Numbered from the stretch's first letter, positions 30,588 through 40,536 are shown. The stretch: DNA of 64,000 nucleotides from an uncultured Chloroflexia bacterium (GCA_963797095.1 CAWCNY010000004.1:256001-320000); one strand, 5' to 3'. Numbers and translations: made by a program. The notes: generated from the sequence alone by a model not told the origin.

Positions 30588-32486
30588 ATGTACGTACTTG
30601 GTACCGCAGGCCATGTAGATCACGGCAAATCAACTCTAGTGAAAGCTCTCACAGGCATCGACCCTGACCGCCTCCGGGAAGAGAAGGCGCGCGAGATGAC
30701 CATAGATCTGGGCTTCGCCTGGCTTACCCTCCCCTCCGGCAAAGAAGTGTCAATAGTGGACGTACCCGGCCATGAGCGGTTCATCAAGAACATGCTGGCG
30801 GGTGTAGGTGGCATCGATGCAGCACTCCTCGTGATCGCCGCCGATGAAGGTCCAATGCCTCAAACCGAGGAGCACCTGGGCATTCTCCACCTCCTCGGCG
30901 TTGAACGCGGCGTAATCGTCCTAACCAAGATCGACCTGGTAGATCTTGACTGGATAGGCCTAGTTCAGGAGGAAATTCGGGAGCGCGTGCAGCAAACCAC
31001 GTTGGCCCGGGCCCCCATCGTGCCTGTCTCAGCTCGTACCGGCCAGGGTCTACCCGCACTTCTCAATGAGATCGACCGGGTGCTAGCCGGTACGCACCCT
31101 CGCACCGATCGTGCCGAGCCGCGCCTATCCATCGACCGTGCTTTCACAATTTCAGGCTTCGGCACTGTAGTGACGGGCACGCTCATTGATGGCACTCTCC
31201 ACGTGGGCCAGGAAGTTGAGATCGTTCCAGGCAACCTCAAGACCCGCATCCGAGGCTTACAAAGCCACAAACACAGGGTCGAAAGCATTGGGCCCGGCAA
31301 TCGTGTGGCGGTCAACCTCGTTGGCCTCAATGTCGATTCGATAAGACGCGGTATGGTACTTGCCCTCCCAGGTAAGGTGCGCTCTACCAGGCGAGTCGAT
31401 ATTCACCTCCAACTACTACCCGACGCTCCTGCTCCACTTGGGCAGAACGATCCACTCGACTTCTTCACGGGATCAGCCGAAACGCCAGTGCAGGTCACCC
31501 TCCTCGACACCGAGCGCCTCGAACCCGGCAGCACCGCCTGGGCGCAACTTCGCCTGCGCGACGAAATTGCCCTCGTAAAAGGCGACCGCTACATAGTGCG
31601 TCAGCCATCGCCAAGCCTCACAATAGGCGGAGGGTCCGTGATTGATCCTCATCCCAGGCGACACAAACGCTTCCACGAAGAGACGCTCAAGAACCTGGAG
31701 ACACTCGAAATTGGCGCGCCCAATGAACTGCTTCTACAGGCACTCGGTAACGCGCCACTGGACGCCAGGACCGCCATCGAACGATCTGGCGTGGACAAAG
31801 GAGAGGCGATCTCAACCATCCAACAACTCATCACCGAAGGCCACATTATCCAGCTTACAGGCGACAAAACTACCACACTGAATCCTCAATCCACAGCGCT
31901 CTACATCAAGACGGCTGCATTCGAGGAGACTATACATCGTGTGAGCGATATGCTAGCCCAATACCATCGCCAGAATCCGCTGCGAAGTGGCATGAGCAAA
32001 GAGGAATTGCGCAGCCGCCTCTCGACTTCCACGCCATCCATCCCACCAAAAGCGTTCCCATACATCATGGCCCTCGCCGTCGCAAAAGGCGCGATTGCCG
32101 AAGAAGCCACTACTTTCCGGCTGCCCAGTCATGGTCCCACATATACCCCTGCACAGGAAGCCCAGTTGCGAGCGTTTCGCCGCGCCAATGCGGACTCGCC
32201 GTATTCGCCGCCCTCTCCCGCCGAATTGGGCATCGATCAGGAGGTTCTTGCTTCCCTTATCGAAAGCGGTGAGGTGATCAGGATAGACGACCTTTACTAT
32301 ATGCGCCCAGTCTTCGATGAGATGAGAGCTCGTATTCTGACCACAATTGACGAGAAGGGCGAGATCAACGTAGCCGGGATGCGCGAACTCTTCGGCACGA
32401 CCCGCAAATACGCCATCCCCATACTGGAGTATCTGGATCAGCACAAGATCACGCGCAGGGTCGGCGATGTGCGTGTGCGTTGGTAG
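30588..32486 (+). CDS. selB: Selenocysteine-specific translation elongation factor
   Basis: GTAGHVDHGKS, DPDRLREEKAREMTIDLGFA, DVPGHERF, C-terminal winged-helix TRKYAIPILEYLD. Confidence 0.97.
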   Translation: MYVLGTAGHVDHGKSTLVKALTGIDPDRLREEKAREMTIDLGFAWLTLPSGKEVSIVDVPGHERFIKNMLAGVGGIDAALLVIAADEGPMPQTEEHLGILHLLGVERGVIVLTKIDLVDLDWIGLVQEEIRERVQQTTLARAPIVPVSARTGQGLPALLNEIDRVLAGTHPRTDRAEPRLSIDRAFTISGFGTVVTGTLIDGTLHVGQEVEIVPGNLKTRIRGLQSHKHRVESIGPGNRVAVNLVGLNVDSIRRGMVLALPGKVRSTRRVDIHLQLLPDAPAPLGQNDPLDFFTGSAETPVQVTLLDTERLEPGSTAWAQLRLRDEIALVKGDRYIVRQPSPSLTIGGGSVIDPHPRRHKRFHEETLKNLETLEIGAPNELLLQALGNAPLDARTAIERSGVDKGEAISTIQQLITEGHIIQLTGDKTTTLNPQSTALYIKTAAFEETIHRVSDMLAQYHRQNPLRSGMSKEELRSRLSTSTPSIPPKAFPYIMALAVAKGAIAEEATTFRLPSHGPTYTPAQEAQLRAFRRANADSPYSPPSPAELGIDQEVLASLIESGEVIRIDDLYYMRPVFDEMRARILTTIDEKGEINVAGMRELFGTTRKYAIPILEYLDQHKITRRVGDVRVRW

Positions 32487-32537
32487 CCCTATGCTATAAT
32501 GTCCAGGCCAATCTATCACTTGCAGGAGTACAAAGCA

Positions 32538-33383
32538 TGAGTGACAACACCGGGAGCGCTAGTGCTCCTGCTGCCGAAACGAGCGAGCCGAAGAGCCTGG
32601 AGTGGGCTCTCATACTGGGATCATCTTCAGGTTTTGGGGCCGCCACCTCCATTGCCCTCGCCGAGCAGGCAGGCCTCAATGTCTGCGGCGTCCACCTGCG
32701 TCGCCCAACCGATCAGGATATGTTCGAGGAAGTCAAGTCGCGTATCGAAGCGGCGGGAACTCAAATACATCCCCTTCAACATGAACGCCGCCAATCCCGA
32801 CCGCCGGAAGGATGCCCTCGACAAGATGGCCGAAGCAATGGACGGCTCAGGCTTCCGGGTGCTTCTCCACTCCCTCGCCTTCGGCACCCTCAAACCCTTC
32901 GTAACTCCCAACCCCGAAGACTCAATCCAGCAGCCCAGCATGGACATGACCCTCGATGTGATGGCCCATTCCCTCGTCTACTGGGTACAAGATGCCCTTC
33001 AACGAGGTATGTTGGGGCGAGGCAGCCGCATATTTGCGATGACCTCCGCAGGATCGCACCGCATCGTTCCCAACTACGGAGCGGTGTCAGCGGCCAAGGC
33101 CTCACTTGAATCGCACATTCGCCAGCTTGCCGCCGAACTTGCACCACGCGGCATAACCGCCAATGCAATCATGGCGGGCGTCACCGACACCCCCGCGCTC
33201 CGCCGCATACCTGGCAATGAACGACTCGTGGAGGGCGCTTTGGCCCGCAATCCCTCCGGCAAACTCACCCTTCCGACCGATATAGCCAACTTTATCGCCC
33301 TCCTCGCCAGGCCAGGCTCAGGGGCCGATTGGCTAACCGGCAACGTAATTAACGTTGACGGTGGCGAAGACATAATGGGCTAG
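32538..33383 (+). CDS. Enoyl-ACP reductase FabL-like SDR, with a 1-nt frameshift at ~32758
   Basis: LILGSSSGFG in one frame. HSLAFG and YGAVSAAK in the other. Deleting one A gives AAGLKYIPFNMNAA. Extended -10 TGCTATAAT at 32492-32500. Confidence 0.85.
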
Positions 33384-33387
33384 TCCG

Positions 33388-33416
33388 TTGACACCACTGG
33401 CACGATCCGATACACT
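33388..33416 (+). promoter_or_regulatory. Sigma70-type promoter of the TlpA-rhodanese operon
   Basis: TTGACA (33388-93), 17-nt spacer, TACACT (33411-16). Confidence 0.7.
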
Positions 33417-33477
33417 AGTTACAGCAGTGCCCTGACTGTTAGGCTGCCATGCCTCAGTAGAGAGGTCAAAAATAAAG

Positions 33478-34296
33478 ATGAGCAAGACGGCATATTCCAA
33501 AACACGGCCCCCATCTCGGCCAGCACCTGCTCGTCCTAGTCAAGTTGACGATTACGACGATGTACAGGAACCCATACGACCTCGATCCCAACGCAAGCAA
33601 TACGACGAGGAATACAATGAGAAATACAATGAGGAAAACGAGGATTACGAGGATTACGACGGCTACTACGCGGACGATGAGGAAGTTGCCGTAGTCTCCA
33701 TAAACCGGCGCGCTGTCGCGCTCTCAGTGTCAGCTATACTCGTGGTCGCGATCTTTGGCGTAGCAATCTGGCTCCTGATGTCCAGGAATAGCGTCCAGCA
33801 ACCTGCGGAGGGCCGCCTGACAGATATCCCAACCATAACGGGCTTCAACCCGGCCACCGCAAGCGAGGCCCAGGCCCCCAATAAAGGCTCTCCCGCACCT
33901 GATTTTGAGTGGCCTGAGAACGGATCTAGCGTGTCGCTCTCCTCCTATCGAGGCGATAAGCCCGTTTTCGTGAATTTCTGGGCCACATGGTGCCCTCCCT
34001 GCAAGGCGGAAATGCCCGAAATAGAGAACATATATAACACGCATAGGAACGACCTGGAGATTATCGGCGTCTCCATGGGCCCCCGAGACTGGCCCCAGTT
34101 GGTCCTCGACTTCGTCAATAAGACTACGTACAGTTGGAAGTTTATCCATGATGGCGATTATGGCATTGCCACACGCTACCAGGTGGTGAGCATCCCAAGC
34201 TCGTTCTTCATTGACAAGAACGGCGTCATCCAGGCCATCCACGTCGGTCAAATGGACCAGAGCATGATGGAGAGCTACTTACAACAGATTCAGTAG
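33478..34296 (+). CDS. Membrane-anchored TlpA/ResA-family thiol-disulfide oxidoreductase
   Basis: One TM segment, APDF, NFWATWCPPCKAEMP, cis-Pro IPSSFFID. Confidence 0.92.
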   Translation: MSKTAYSKTRPPSRPAPARPSQVDDYDDVQEPIRPRSQRKQYDEEYNEKYNEENEDYEDYDGYYADDEEVAVVSINRRAVALSVSAILVVAIFGVAIWLLMSRNSVQQPAEGRLTDIPTITGFNPATASEAQAPNKGSPAPDFEWPENGSSVSLSSYRGDKPVFVNFWATWCPPCKAEMPEIENIYNTHRNDLEIIGVSMGPRDWPQLVLDFVNKTTYSWKFIHDGDYGIATRYQVVSIPSSFFIDKNGVIQAIHVGQMDQSMMESYLQQIQ

Positions 34297-34350
34297 TCCT
34301 TATTAGTCTTTTTCCCTAGCTCGCGACAGATCAGGAGGTAATCACTTCTA

Positions 34351-35115
34351 ATGAGTCAGCTTCCAAAGCGGAGGCCACCCGCAGGTCAGGGTCAGAACCG
34401 ATCCCAAAGTCAGCGGAGGTCAGACCCCTACGCCGAATACCCACCACCTAGCAGACGTTCCGCTGGGCCGCCACCGCCCGGTGGCCGGTATTATCAGCAG
34501 AGGCCAAGAGCGGTCTACCCCCAGCGCGACCCCTTTCCCTACATCCTGGGTGGCCTAATCGGCGCGATGTTGGTCGGCCTGATGTTGGTCATCTTCCTTT
34601 TGATCAACAATAACAACGGCACCACCGCAGTACAGAACCGAGCCACCACTGGCAACACTACCACAACTGACCAGACCACAGGTGAGACCACAGATGACAC
34701 ACCACCGCGCATGTCGATGGACGACTTCAAGGCGCTCTACGACGACCCCGCAAAGCGCCCCATGATCATTGATGTGCGCCCATCTGATGCCTATAATGAG
34801 GGTCACATTGCGGGCGCGGTTTCCATGCCAGAAGACGATATCGACATTCTGCTCGATAAGATCCCCAAGGATTCACTCGTCATCGCGTACTGTCAATGAC
34901 CGGCCGAAAATGAAAGCGCCCGTGTGGCGCAAAAGCTACATGAAGAATATAATTACAGCTACGACAATCTGAAGGTGCTCCTCGGTGGTTGGACTGCGTG
35001 GAAAGATCAGAATACAAACAACCCGACAGGCTATCCAATCGAAACGGGTGGATCAACCGCCCCCACTACACCTCCTAAGGTGGTCATCACACCCAGCACT
35101 GTGATCACTCCATAA
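34351..35115 (+). CDS. Membrane-anchored rhodanese-domain selenoprotein (CxU; UGA 34897-34899 read as Sec), 254 aa
   Basis: IIDVR...GHIAGA...AYCQ-TGA-PAENESARVAQKL...KVLLGGWTAW. The rhodanese domain is complete only if the UGA is read through. SECIS-like hairpin at 34916-34930. selB is nearby. Confidence 0.88.
34916..34930 (+). promoter_or_regulatory. Putative bacterial SECIS hairpin
   Basis: GCGCC-CGTGT-GGCGC starting at +17 after the UGA, with a GU-containing loop. Confidence 0.55.
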
Positions 35116-35140
35116 TCACAGCGTCAAAACATCTATTCAA

Positions 35141-35169
35141 GTATGGGCGGGCCTAAACCCGCCCATACA
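35141..35169 (+). terminator. Intergenic hairpin between the two rhodanese genes
   Basis: GTATGGGCGGG / CCCGCCCATAC 11-bp stem, no U-tract. Confidence 0.45.
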
Positions 35170-35207
35170 TGTGCAATCTCAAGCGTAACTGGAGTTCCTA
35201 TACCACA

Positions 35208-35945
35208 GTGGATAACCAGCCAAGAGAACACAAACCGGTACGGCATATCAGGCCTGACCATAAAGGGGATCACCACGACCAACAATCTCGGCGTGCAAAT
35301 ATCGCAAAGCACGATCCTTTCCCCTATATGATTAGTGGCCTCATCACCGCCGCTGTGCTCGGCCTGGTCCTCGTCGCCTGGCTCCTCATCTCACCGGGTA
35401 GCACCGGCCTTCCCCTAGCACCCGCTCCAACCGCATTCGCGAACGCCCCATTCGATTTTCCTACTTCCGCGATCCCGATCCCTGCCGGCGCCGCAGCGCC
35501 GGGCGATGTGCCGACCCTTGAGGTTCCAACCCAGGATATCGCTCTCCCGCCTCCCGAACCCACCGGCTCACCTCCCCCCGCCGACGACCCGCCACGTATC
35601 GCCCTCGGTGACTTCAAGGCCCTCTACGACGACCCGTCAAGTCGACCCCTGATTCTTGACACTCGCAATGAGCAAGCATACTCGGAAGGCCATATACCGG
35701 GTGCGGTACTTTTCCCCGCTTCTGACGTGGTAAGCAATGTTGTCACGCTTCCCAAAGACAGGCTGATCGTTGCCTACTGCCAATGACCGGAGGAACACAC
35801 CAGCGCCAGTGTGGCGCGGCAGTTGAAAGAGCAGTTCGGCTTCAGCTATGGCTACGTGAAGGTCCTGCTTGGCGGCTGGGATGCCTGGGCCACAAAGAAT
35901 TCGCAGGACCCCGCCGGATACCCTATCGCTACAGGTGATAAATAG
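35208..35945 (+). CDS. Second membrane-anchored rhodanese-domain selenoprotein (CxU; UGA 35784-35786)
   Basis: ILDTR...GHIPGA...AYCQ-TGA-PEEHTSASVARQL...KVLLGGWDAW...GYPI, ending at TAG 35945. Start GTG 35208 (GGAG upstream) or ATG 35169. Confidence 0.88.
35800..35819 (+). promoter_or_regulatory. Putative bacterial SECIS hairpin
   Basis: CC-a-GCGCCA-GTG-TGGCGC-GG. The core stem starts at +17 after the UGA, as in the paralog. Confidence 0.55.
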
Positions 35946-36014
35946 ACGCTATCCCATAATCAAGCTCTGGTGGCCCGTTTATGGGCTGCAACTCGCCCAC
36001 TAATATCCAATTGG

Positions 36015-36863
36015 TTAGCGTAACGAATAGACAGGTGGCAACTGCCACACCCTTTCAGCATATTCTCCGGGCGGCAATCCCGCCTCCGCTGCCACGCTAC
36101 CTGTGTAGGCTCGCACCGCCTCCGGCATAGCCTCAGCACTCCCAAACAACATCTCCAATTGCGATTTGTATCGGGCTATCGCCGCGATCTTGACCCCTAT
36201 CAGGTCCGAGATTTGCGTAACGCGGGGTTGAGCCGTCAAATCTAGCTCACGAAGCCTTGAGAGCAAGGCTCCCTCACGCGCCGCATAAGGGTAATCTTCA
36301 TAGTAGAGCACTCCGAAGCGCGGTCCAAGCCTGCGCGCCGCCAGGTACACAAGTTGGTGATCAACGTGCCGCCCGACCCCCAACGGTGCAAATACGCGCA
36401 CTCGGCCCCTGCTACCTATCCGTTCCTGTTCGCGGCTCGCGACCTCTCTCACTCTCGCCACTACTTCCGCAATCACGTGCGATCGTTCCCAGGTGGCGGG
36501 AAGGTCGAAAAGTTCTTGGTCGGAAGTATACAGATAGCGGCCATCCTGCCCACGCCTGTATGGCCCATCGCGCAGGTCAAGCCACACGCGTTCGAGGCCA
36601 AGCAATCGCATCGCCGCCTCCTCTTCGCGCCGCCGCACAGCGTTGATCGACTGCACGTCCATCCCGGCTGCGCGCTGCCATTGCTCATGCATCCCCTCGG
36701 CAAACTCAGAAAGAGGCACGCCGGCCTGGTGCGGTGCAGCAAACAGGGCGATCCCAACCCCATGTGCTCCCATCCGCGACAGGCGGGCAGCTATTCCCCC
36801 GCAGGACAGAGCGATATCGTCAAAGTGCGGGGACAAAAAGAGTGTGAGTGAAACCGGCTCCAT
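36015..36863 (-). CDS. PIG-L family deacetylase
   Basis: SPHFDD, RRREE, HVDH, YEDYPY, YKSQ. Confidence 0.9.
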   Translation of the reverse strand: MEPVSLTLFLSPHFDDIALSCGGIAARLSRMGAHGVGIALFAAPHQAGVPLSEFAEGMHEQWQRAAGMDVQSINAVRRREEEAAMRLLGLERVWLDLRDGPYRRGQDGRYLYTSDQELFDLPATWERSHVIAEVVARVREVASREQERIGSRGRVRVFAPLGVGRHVDHQLVYLAARRLGPRFGVLYYEDYPYAAREGALLSRLRELDLTAQPRVTQISDLIGVKIAAIARYKSQLEMLFGSAEAMPEAVRAYTGSVAAEAGLPPGEYAERVWQLPPVYSLR

Positions 36864-36918
36864 ATCTGGCCCAAAACATGCTATAGGAGAACCCGAATGC
36901 GTTATTATATCAGATAGC

Positions 36919-38229
36919 ATGCTCTACTTATCGACAGTCATAGGCAAGCGAATAGCGGTCAAGAGCGGCGACACTGTAGCGCGCTTGCGCGACCTGGTGG
37001 CCGACCTGGAACCGTCTCCAGTCATAGGCGAGCCTTCAGAAGAGCGCCAGCCAACCTTGCGGATCAAAGGGCTGGTTGCGCGCACCGCAAGGCGTCGCCA
37101 GCCATTCTTCGTGCCTGCTTCCCTTATCGAAACTCTCGGTGAAAACGGGGTGCGTTTGCGCTCGTCCCAGCTCGACCTCCAGCCCTTCGAGCGCCGCGAC
37201 GCAGAGGTGCTCCTGACCCGCGATCTATGGGACAAGCAGGTAATCGACCTTACCAGCAGACGTGTCGTGCGGGTCAACGATATTCTGCTGGACAGCAACG
37301 CCCCTTCATCCCATGACGAGGCTGCGATCTGGTACGTTTCAGGCGTGGACGTTGGGCTGGGTGCGCTACTTCGGCGGGTTAAGTTGACCGGACCTCTCGA
37401 AGCGCTAACGCACAAGCACCTGGACGCCCAGGTGCTCGCATGGTCCGGCATAGACCTTTTCAGCAGTAATATGCCGGAGAACTTTCACGTTCAACACGAA
37501 AAGCTGGCGACCCTCCACCCCGTCGAGATCGCACGCATCACAAACTCCCTAAGCTACCACCAGGGCGCGGAGATCATTGCCTCACTGGACGATACCCTTG
37601 CTGCCGATACTTTAGAGGAGATCACTGCCCAGCGACAGACCGATATTGTCGAAGAGATCCCGGATGAGATGGCAGCCGACATTATCGAGGAAATGGCCCC
37701 CGATGACGCCACCGATTTGCTGGCCGAGCTACCTGAAGAGAAAGCCAGCGCCCTCCTCGATGAGATGGAGGACGAGCGCGCTGAAGATGTTCGCCAGCTA
37801 ATGCGCTACCCGGATCATACAGCGGGCAGGGCAATGACTACCGACTTCGTGCGCGTGCAGCCGACCATGACTGTGCAACAGGTCATTAAGGCCAACCGGT
37901 CACGTTTCCTTGCTTCTGACCTTATCTACTACATGTATGTGACGGCTTCTGAGAAAGACGACACGCTGATCGGTGTGATCACCGTACGCGACTTGCTGGT
38001 CGAAAGCCGCGATGCCCGCGTGAGCCACTTCATGCTGACCGATTTCTTGGCGGTGCGTCCGGGCGAACACGAACGCGAAGTCGCCCGCAAAATGGCCGAA
38101 TACAACCTGCTTGCACTTCCTGTCGTGGACCGCAATGGCATTCTCCTCGGCGTAGTCACGATAGACGATGCGCTCAATTCCCTCCTCCCCGAAGGCTGGA
38201 AGAAGCGGTTGCCGAGGATCTTCAGCTAG
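36919..38229 (+). CDS. MgtE intracellular N-domain + tandem CBS protein (soluble)
   Basis: MLYLS start, DKQVID..RVND, LHPVEIA, MAPDDATDLL, TAGRAMT, YNLLALPVVD. Confidence 0.88.
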   Translation: MLYLSTVIGKRIAVKSGDTVARLRDLVADLEPSPVIGEPSEERQPTLRIKGLVARTARRRQPFFVPASLIETLGENGVRLRSSQLDLQPFERRDAEVLLTRDLWDKQVIDLTSRRVVRVNDILLDSNAPSSHDEAAIWYVSGVDVGLGALLRRVKLTGPLEALTHKHLDAQVLAWSGIDLFSSNMPENFHVQHEKLATLHPVEIARITNSLSYHQGAEIIASLDDTLAADTLEEITAQRQTDIVEEIPDEMAADIIEEMAPDDATDLLAELPEEKASALLDEMEDERAEDVRQLMRYPDHTAGRAMTTDFVRVQPTMTVQQVIKANRSRFLASDLIYYMYVTASEKDDTLIGVITVRDLLVESRDARVSHFMLTDFLAVRPGEHEREVARKMAEYNLLALPVVDRNGILLGVVTIDDALNSLLPEGWKKRLPRIFS

Positions 38230-39563
38230 TGCACATCAAGCATCGTTACCGCCCTGGCGTGGCAAACCAGCCAAGCGAGGGAAGGGGCGTTCCATGGACT
38301 GAGCGTGTCATAGGGCGGCTGTTGTCGCCGTTGCGCAGGCTGCGACGGTTGCCCTTCTGGATGTACCTCGCTGTGCTGGGTCCGGGAGTTGTGTCGGCGG
38401 CGGCGGGCAACGACGCCGGAGGCATAGCCACCTACGCACAGGTCGGCGCGGGCTATGGATACTCTCTCCTGTGGGCCATGCTGATCGTCACAGTTGGGCT
38501 CGTCCTTGTGCAGGAGATGTGCGCCCGTATGGGGGCCGTCACGGGCAAGGGACTGTCCGACCTCATCCGCGAAGAATTCGGCGCTGGCCGGGCCTTGCTT
38601 GTCATCGCGGTGCTTCTCATCGCCAACACCGGCATCACGATCTCGGAGTTCGTCGGGATTGCCGCCGCTGCGGGCCTGTTCGGAATTCCGGGCTGGATCG
38701 CGGTGCCTCCGATCGCCCTCCTGGTGTGGTGGTTGATCACCAACGGTTCATACAGGGCGGTTGAACGTATCTTCATCCTCCTTTCGCTCGTCTTCGTCAC
38801 CTATGTAGTAGCAGCGTTCCTAGCAAAGCCTGACTGGGGACAGGTCGGTGTATCGTTCTTTACTCCCAATATACAGTTCGAGCCAGGCGCTTTGCAGGCA
38901 TTGGTAGCGCTCATCGGGACCACGATCACGCCCTATATGCAGCTATTCGTGCAGGCGTCGGTGGTGGAGAAGGGCGTCACTCCACGAGACTACAAGTACA
39001 CGCGTTTCGATACTGTCATAGGCGTGCTAATGTCGAATGCGGTCTCGATCTTCATAATCATAGCCACTGCCGCCACTCTCCATATTGCAGGCATCACCAA
39101 CGTAAAGAGCGCCGACGATGCGGCAAAAGCTCTTGAGCCGGTGGCGGGACAGGGCGCGGCGCTCTTGTTCGCCATAGGGCTGTTCGGCGCTTCTATGCTG
39201 GCCGCAGGTGTCCTTCCGTTAGCCACTGCCTTCTCGGTAACTGAAGCTCTCGGGTTCGAGAAGGGAGTGAGCCTCTCTTTCAGGGAAGCGCCCGTCTTTA
39301 TAGGGATGTTCTCAGTCCTCCTCGCAATCGGCGCCCTGGTAGCCATCATTCCCGGATTGCCCCTATTCCCCGTCCTGATCGCGGTCCAGATTCTGAACGG
39401 TGTGCTACTACCGATATTGTTGGTCTTCATAGTCAGGTTAGCGGCAAACAAAGAGTTGATGGGCAAGTACGCCATTGGTCCTGTGTACCGTACTCTGGCA
39501 TGGGCCACTGTAGTCGTGATCACTATCGCTGTTCTTCTCCTGTTTGTCACCACCCTATTCTAG
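38229..39563 (+). CDS. NRAMP-related divalent metal transporter (DAGG type)
   Basis: GPG...GNDAGGIATY, QEMCARMG.VTGKGL, GTTITPYMQ, about 11 TM segments. Confidence 0.88.
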   Translation: MHIKHRYRPGVANQPSEGRGVPWTERVIGRLLSPLRRLRRLPFWMYLAVLGPGVVSAAAGNDAGGIATYAQVGAGYGYSLLWAMLIVTVGLVLVQEMCARMGAVTGKGLSDLIREEFGAGRALLVIAVLLIANTGITISEFVGIAAAAGLFGIPGWIAVPPIALLVWWLITNGSYRAVERIFILLSLVFVTYVVAAFLAKPDWGQVGVSFFTPNIQFEPGALQALVALIGTTITPYMQLFVQASVVEKGVTPRDYKYTRFDTVIGVLMSNAVSIFIIIATAATLHIAGITNVKSADDAAKALEPVAGQGAALLFAIGLFGASMLAAGVLPLATAFSVTEALGFEKGVSLSFREAPVFIGMFSVLLAIGALVAIIPGLPLFPVLIAVQILNGVLLPILLVFIVRLAANKELMGKYAIGPVYRTLAWATVVVITIAVLLLFVTTLF

Positions 39564-40143
39564 CTAGAACACCAGAATAATAAGTTATCCCGGCGCGTAG
39601 TTACTCTGTTTGAAAGCCGACAAGATACCAAATGGATGTGTACGGTGGTCAAGTGGGTTATCGAGTTTTGAGCGGGTGCCTTGAAGGTGGCTAGACTGGC
39701 CCTCATTAACTATAAGGCAGTACTTGAACAAAACTGGGCAGGTTTTGGAGTGTACTTTCGGGTGATTCTTTGTGCCCAGCGTGGAACGCGAATTTGCAGG
39801 CTGTGATGGCGGGTTGTGGTCGATTCTACACTCTGGATAGAACTGTGAGTAACAAAACGACTGTATCCATATTCACAGGAGTACATGCTTATCAGCCAAT
39901 TAGCTAGTTAGCCAAATCAACATATATCCTTGAGAGTACCTGGAACACCGCAGGGCACTCCTGGTTCGATTGAGCCCCGAATCCTGGCCGCCTTCTTCAT
40001 AAGACTGCAACCAAGTGAACCGATCTCTTACTATTTGGTGGGCAGTAGAATAAGCAGTATACTGGCGCTTGGTGCGATCGGCCCTAATAAGGCGGCTAGG
40101 TTGATAGAGCAATAGTTACAGAATTCACCATGATGGAGGGGAC

Positions 40144-40536
40144 ATGAGCGGCAAGCAAGCAGGCGTAGATACGACCTCAGAAAACAGACTGCAAGAATTC
40201 AAACAATACCGCCTGCGTATGAACGAGCAAATCCAGGGGGCCGAGCACCTGGGTATCAACCGTTTCTTTAACCTCGACACAGTGGCATACCACGATGGCG
40301 CTCTGCCTGGGCGCACCAAAGAGCTTCTGGGGCTTGTGGCCTCGACTGTGCTCCGGTGCGATGACTGCGTGGATTACCATCTGATTCAGTGTATAGAGGC
40401 GGGCTACAGCCACGCCGAGCTTACCGATGCTTTGAATGTGGCCCTGGTGGTGGGCGGTAGCATCGTCATTCCACACCTGCGGCATGCTATGGAGACTATC
40501 GACTTGATTAGAGCCGAGGGAGCAATGAACAAATGA
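40144..40536 (+). CDS. Carboxymuconolactone decarboxylase/AhpD family protein
   Basis: KELLGLVAS.VLRCDDCVDYH. Confidence 0.9.
   Translation: MSGKQAGVDTTSENRLQEFKQYRLRMNEQIQGAEHLGINRFFNLDTVAYHDGALPGRTKELLGLVASTVLRCDDCVDYHLIQCIEAGYSHAELTDALNVALVVGGSIVIPHLRHAMETIDLIRAEGAMNK

Noticed and set aside
34924-35115. Separate 63-aa ORF in the ORF track
   Set aside because: It is the in-frame C-terminal part of the upstream rhodanese after the Sec UGA.
39885-40115. Small gene with AGGAG RBS and an in-frame TAG at 39909 (possible read-through)
   Set aside because: No recognisable domain and no pyrrolysine machinery in view. More likely a decayed remnant or chance.
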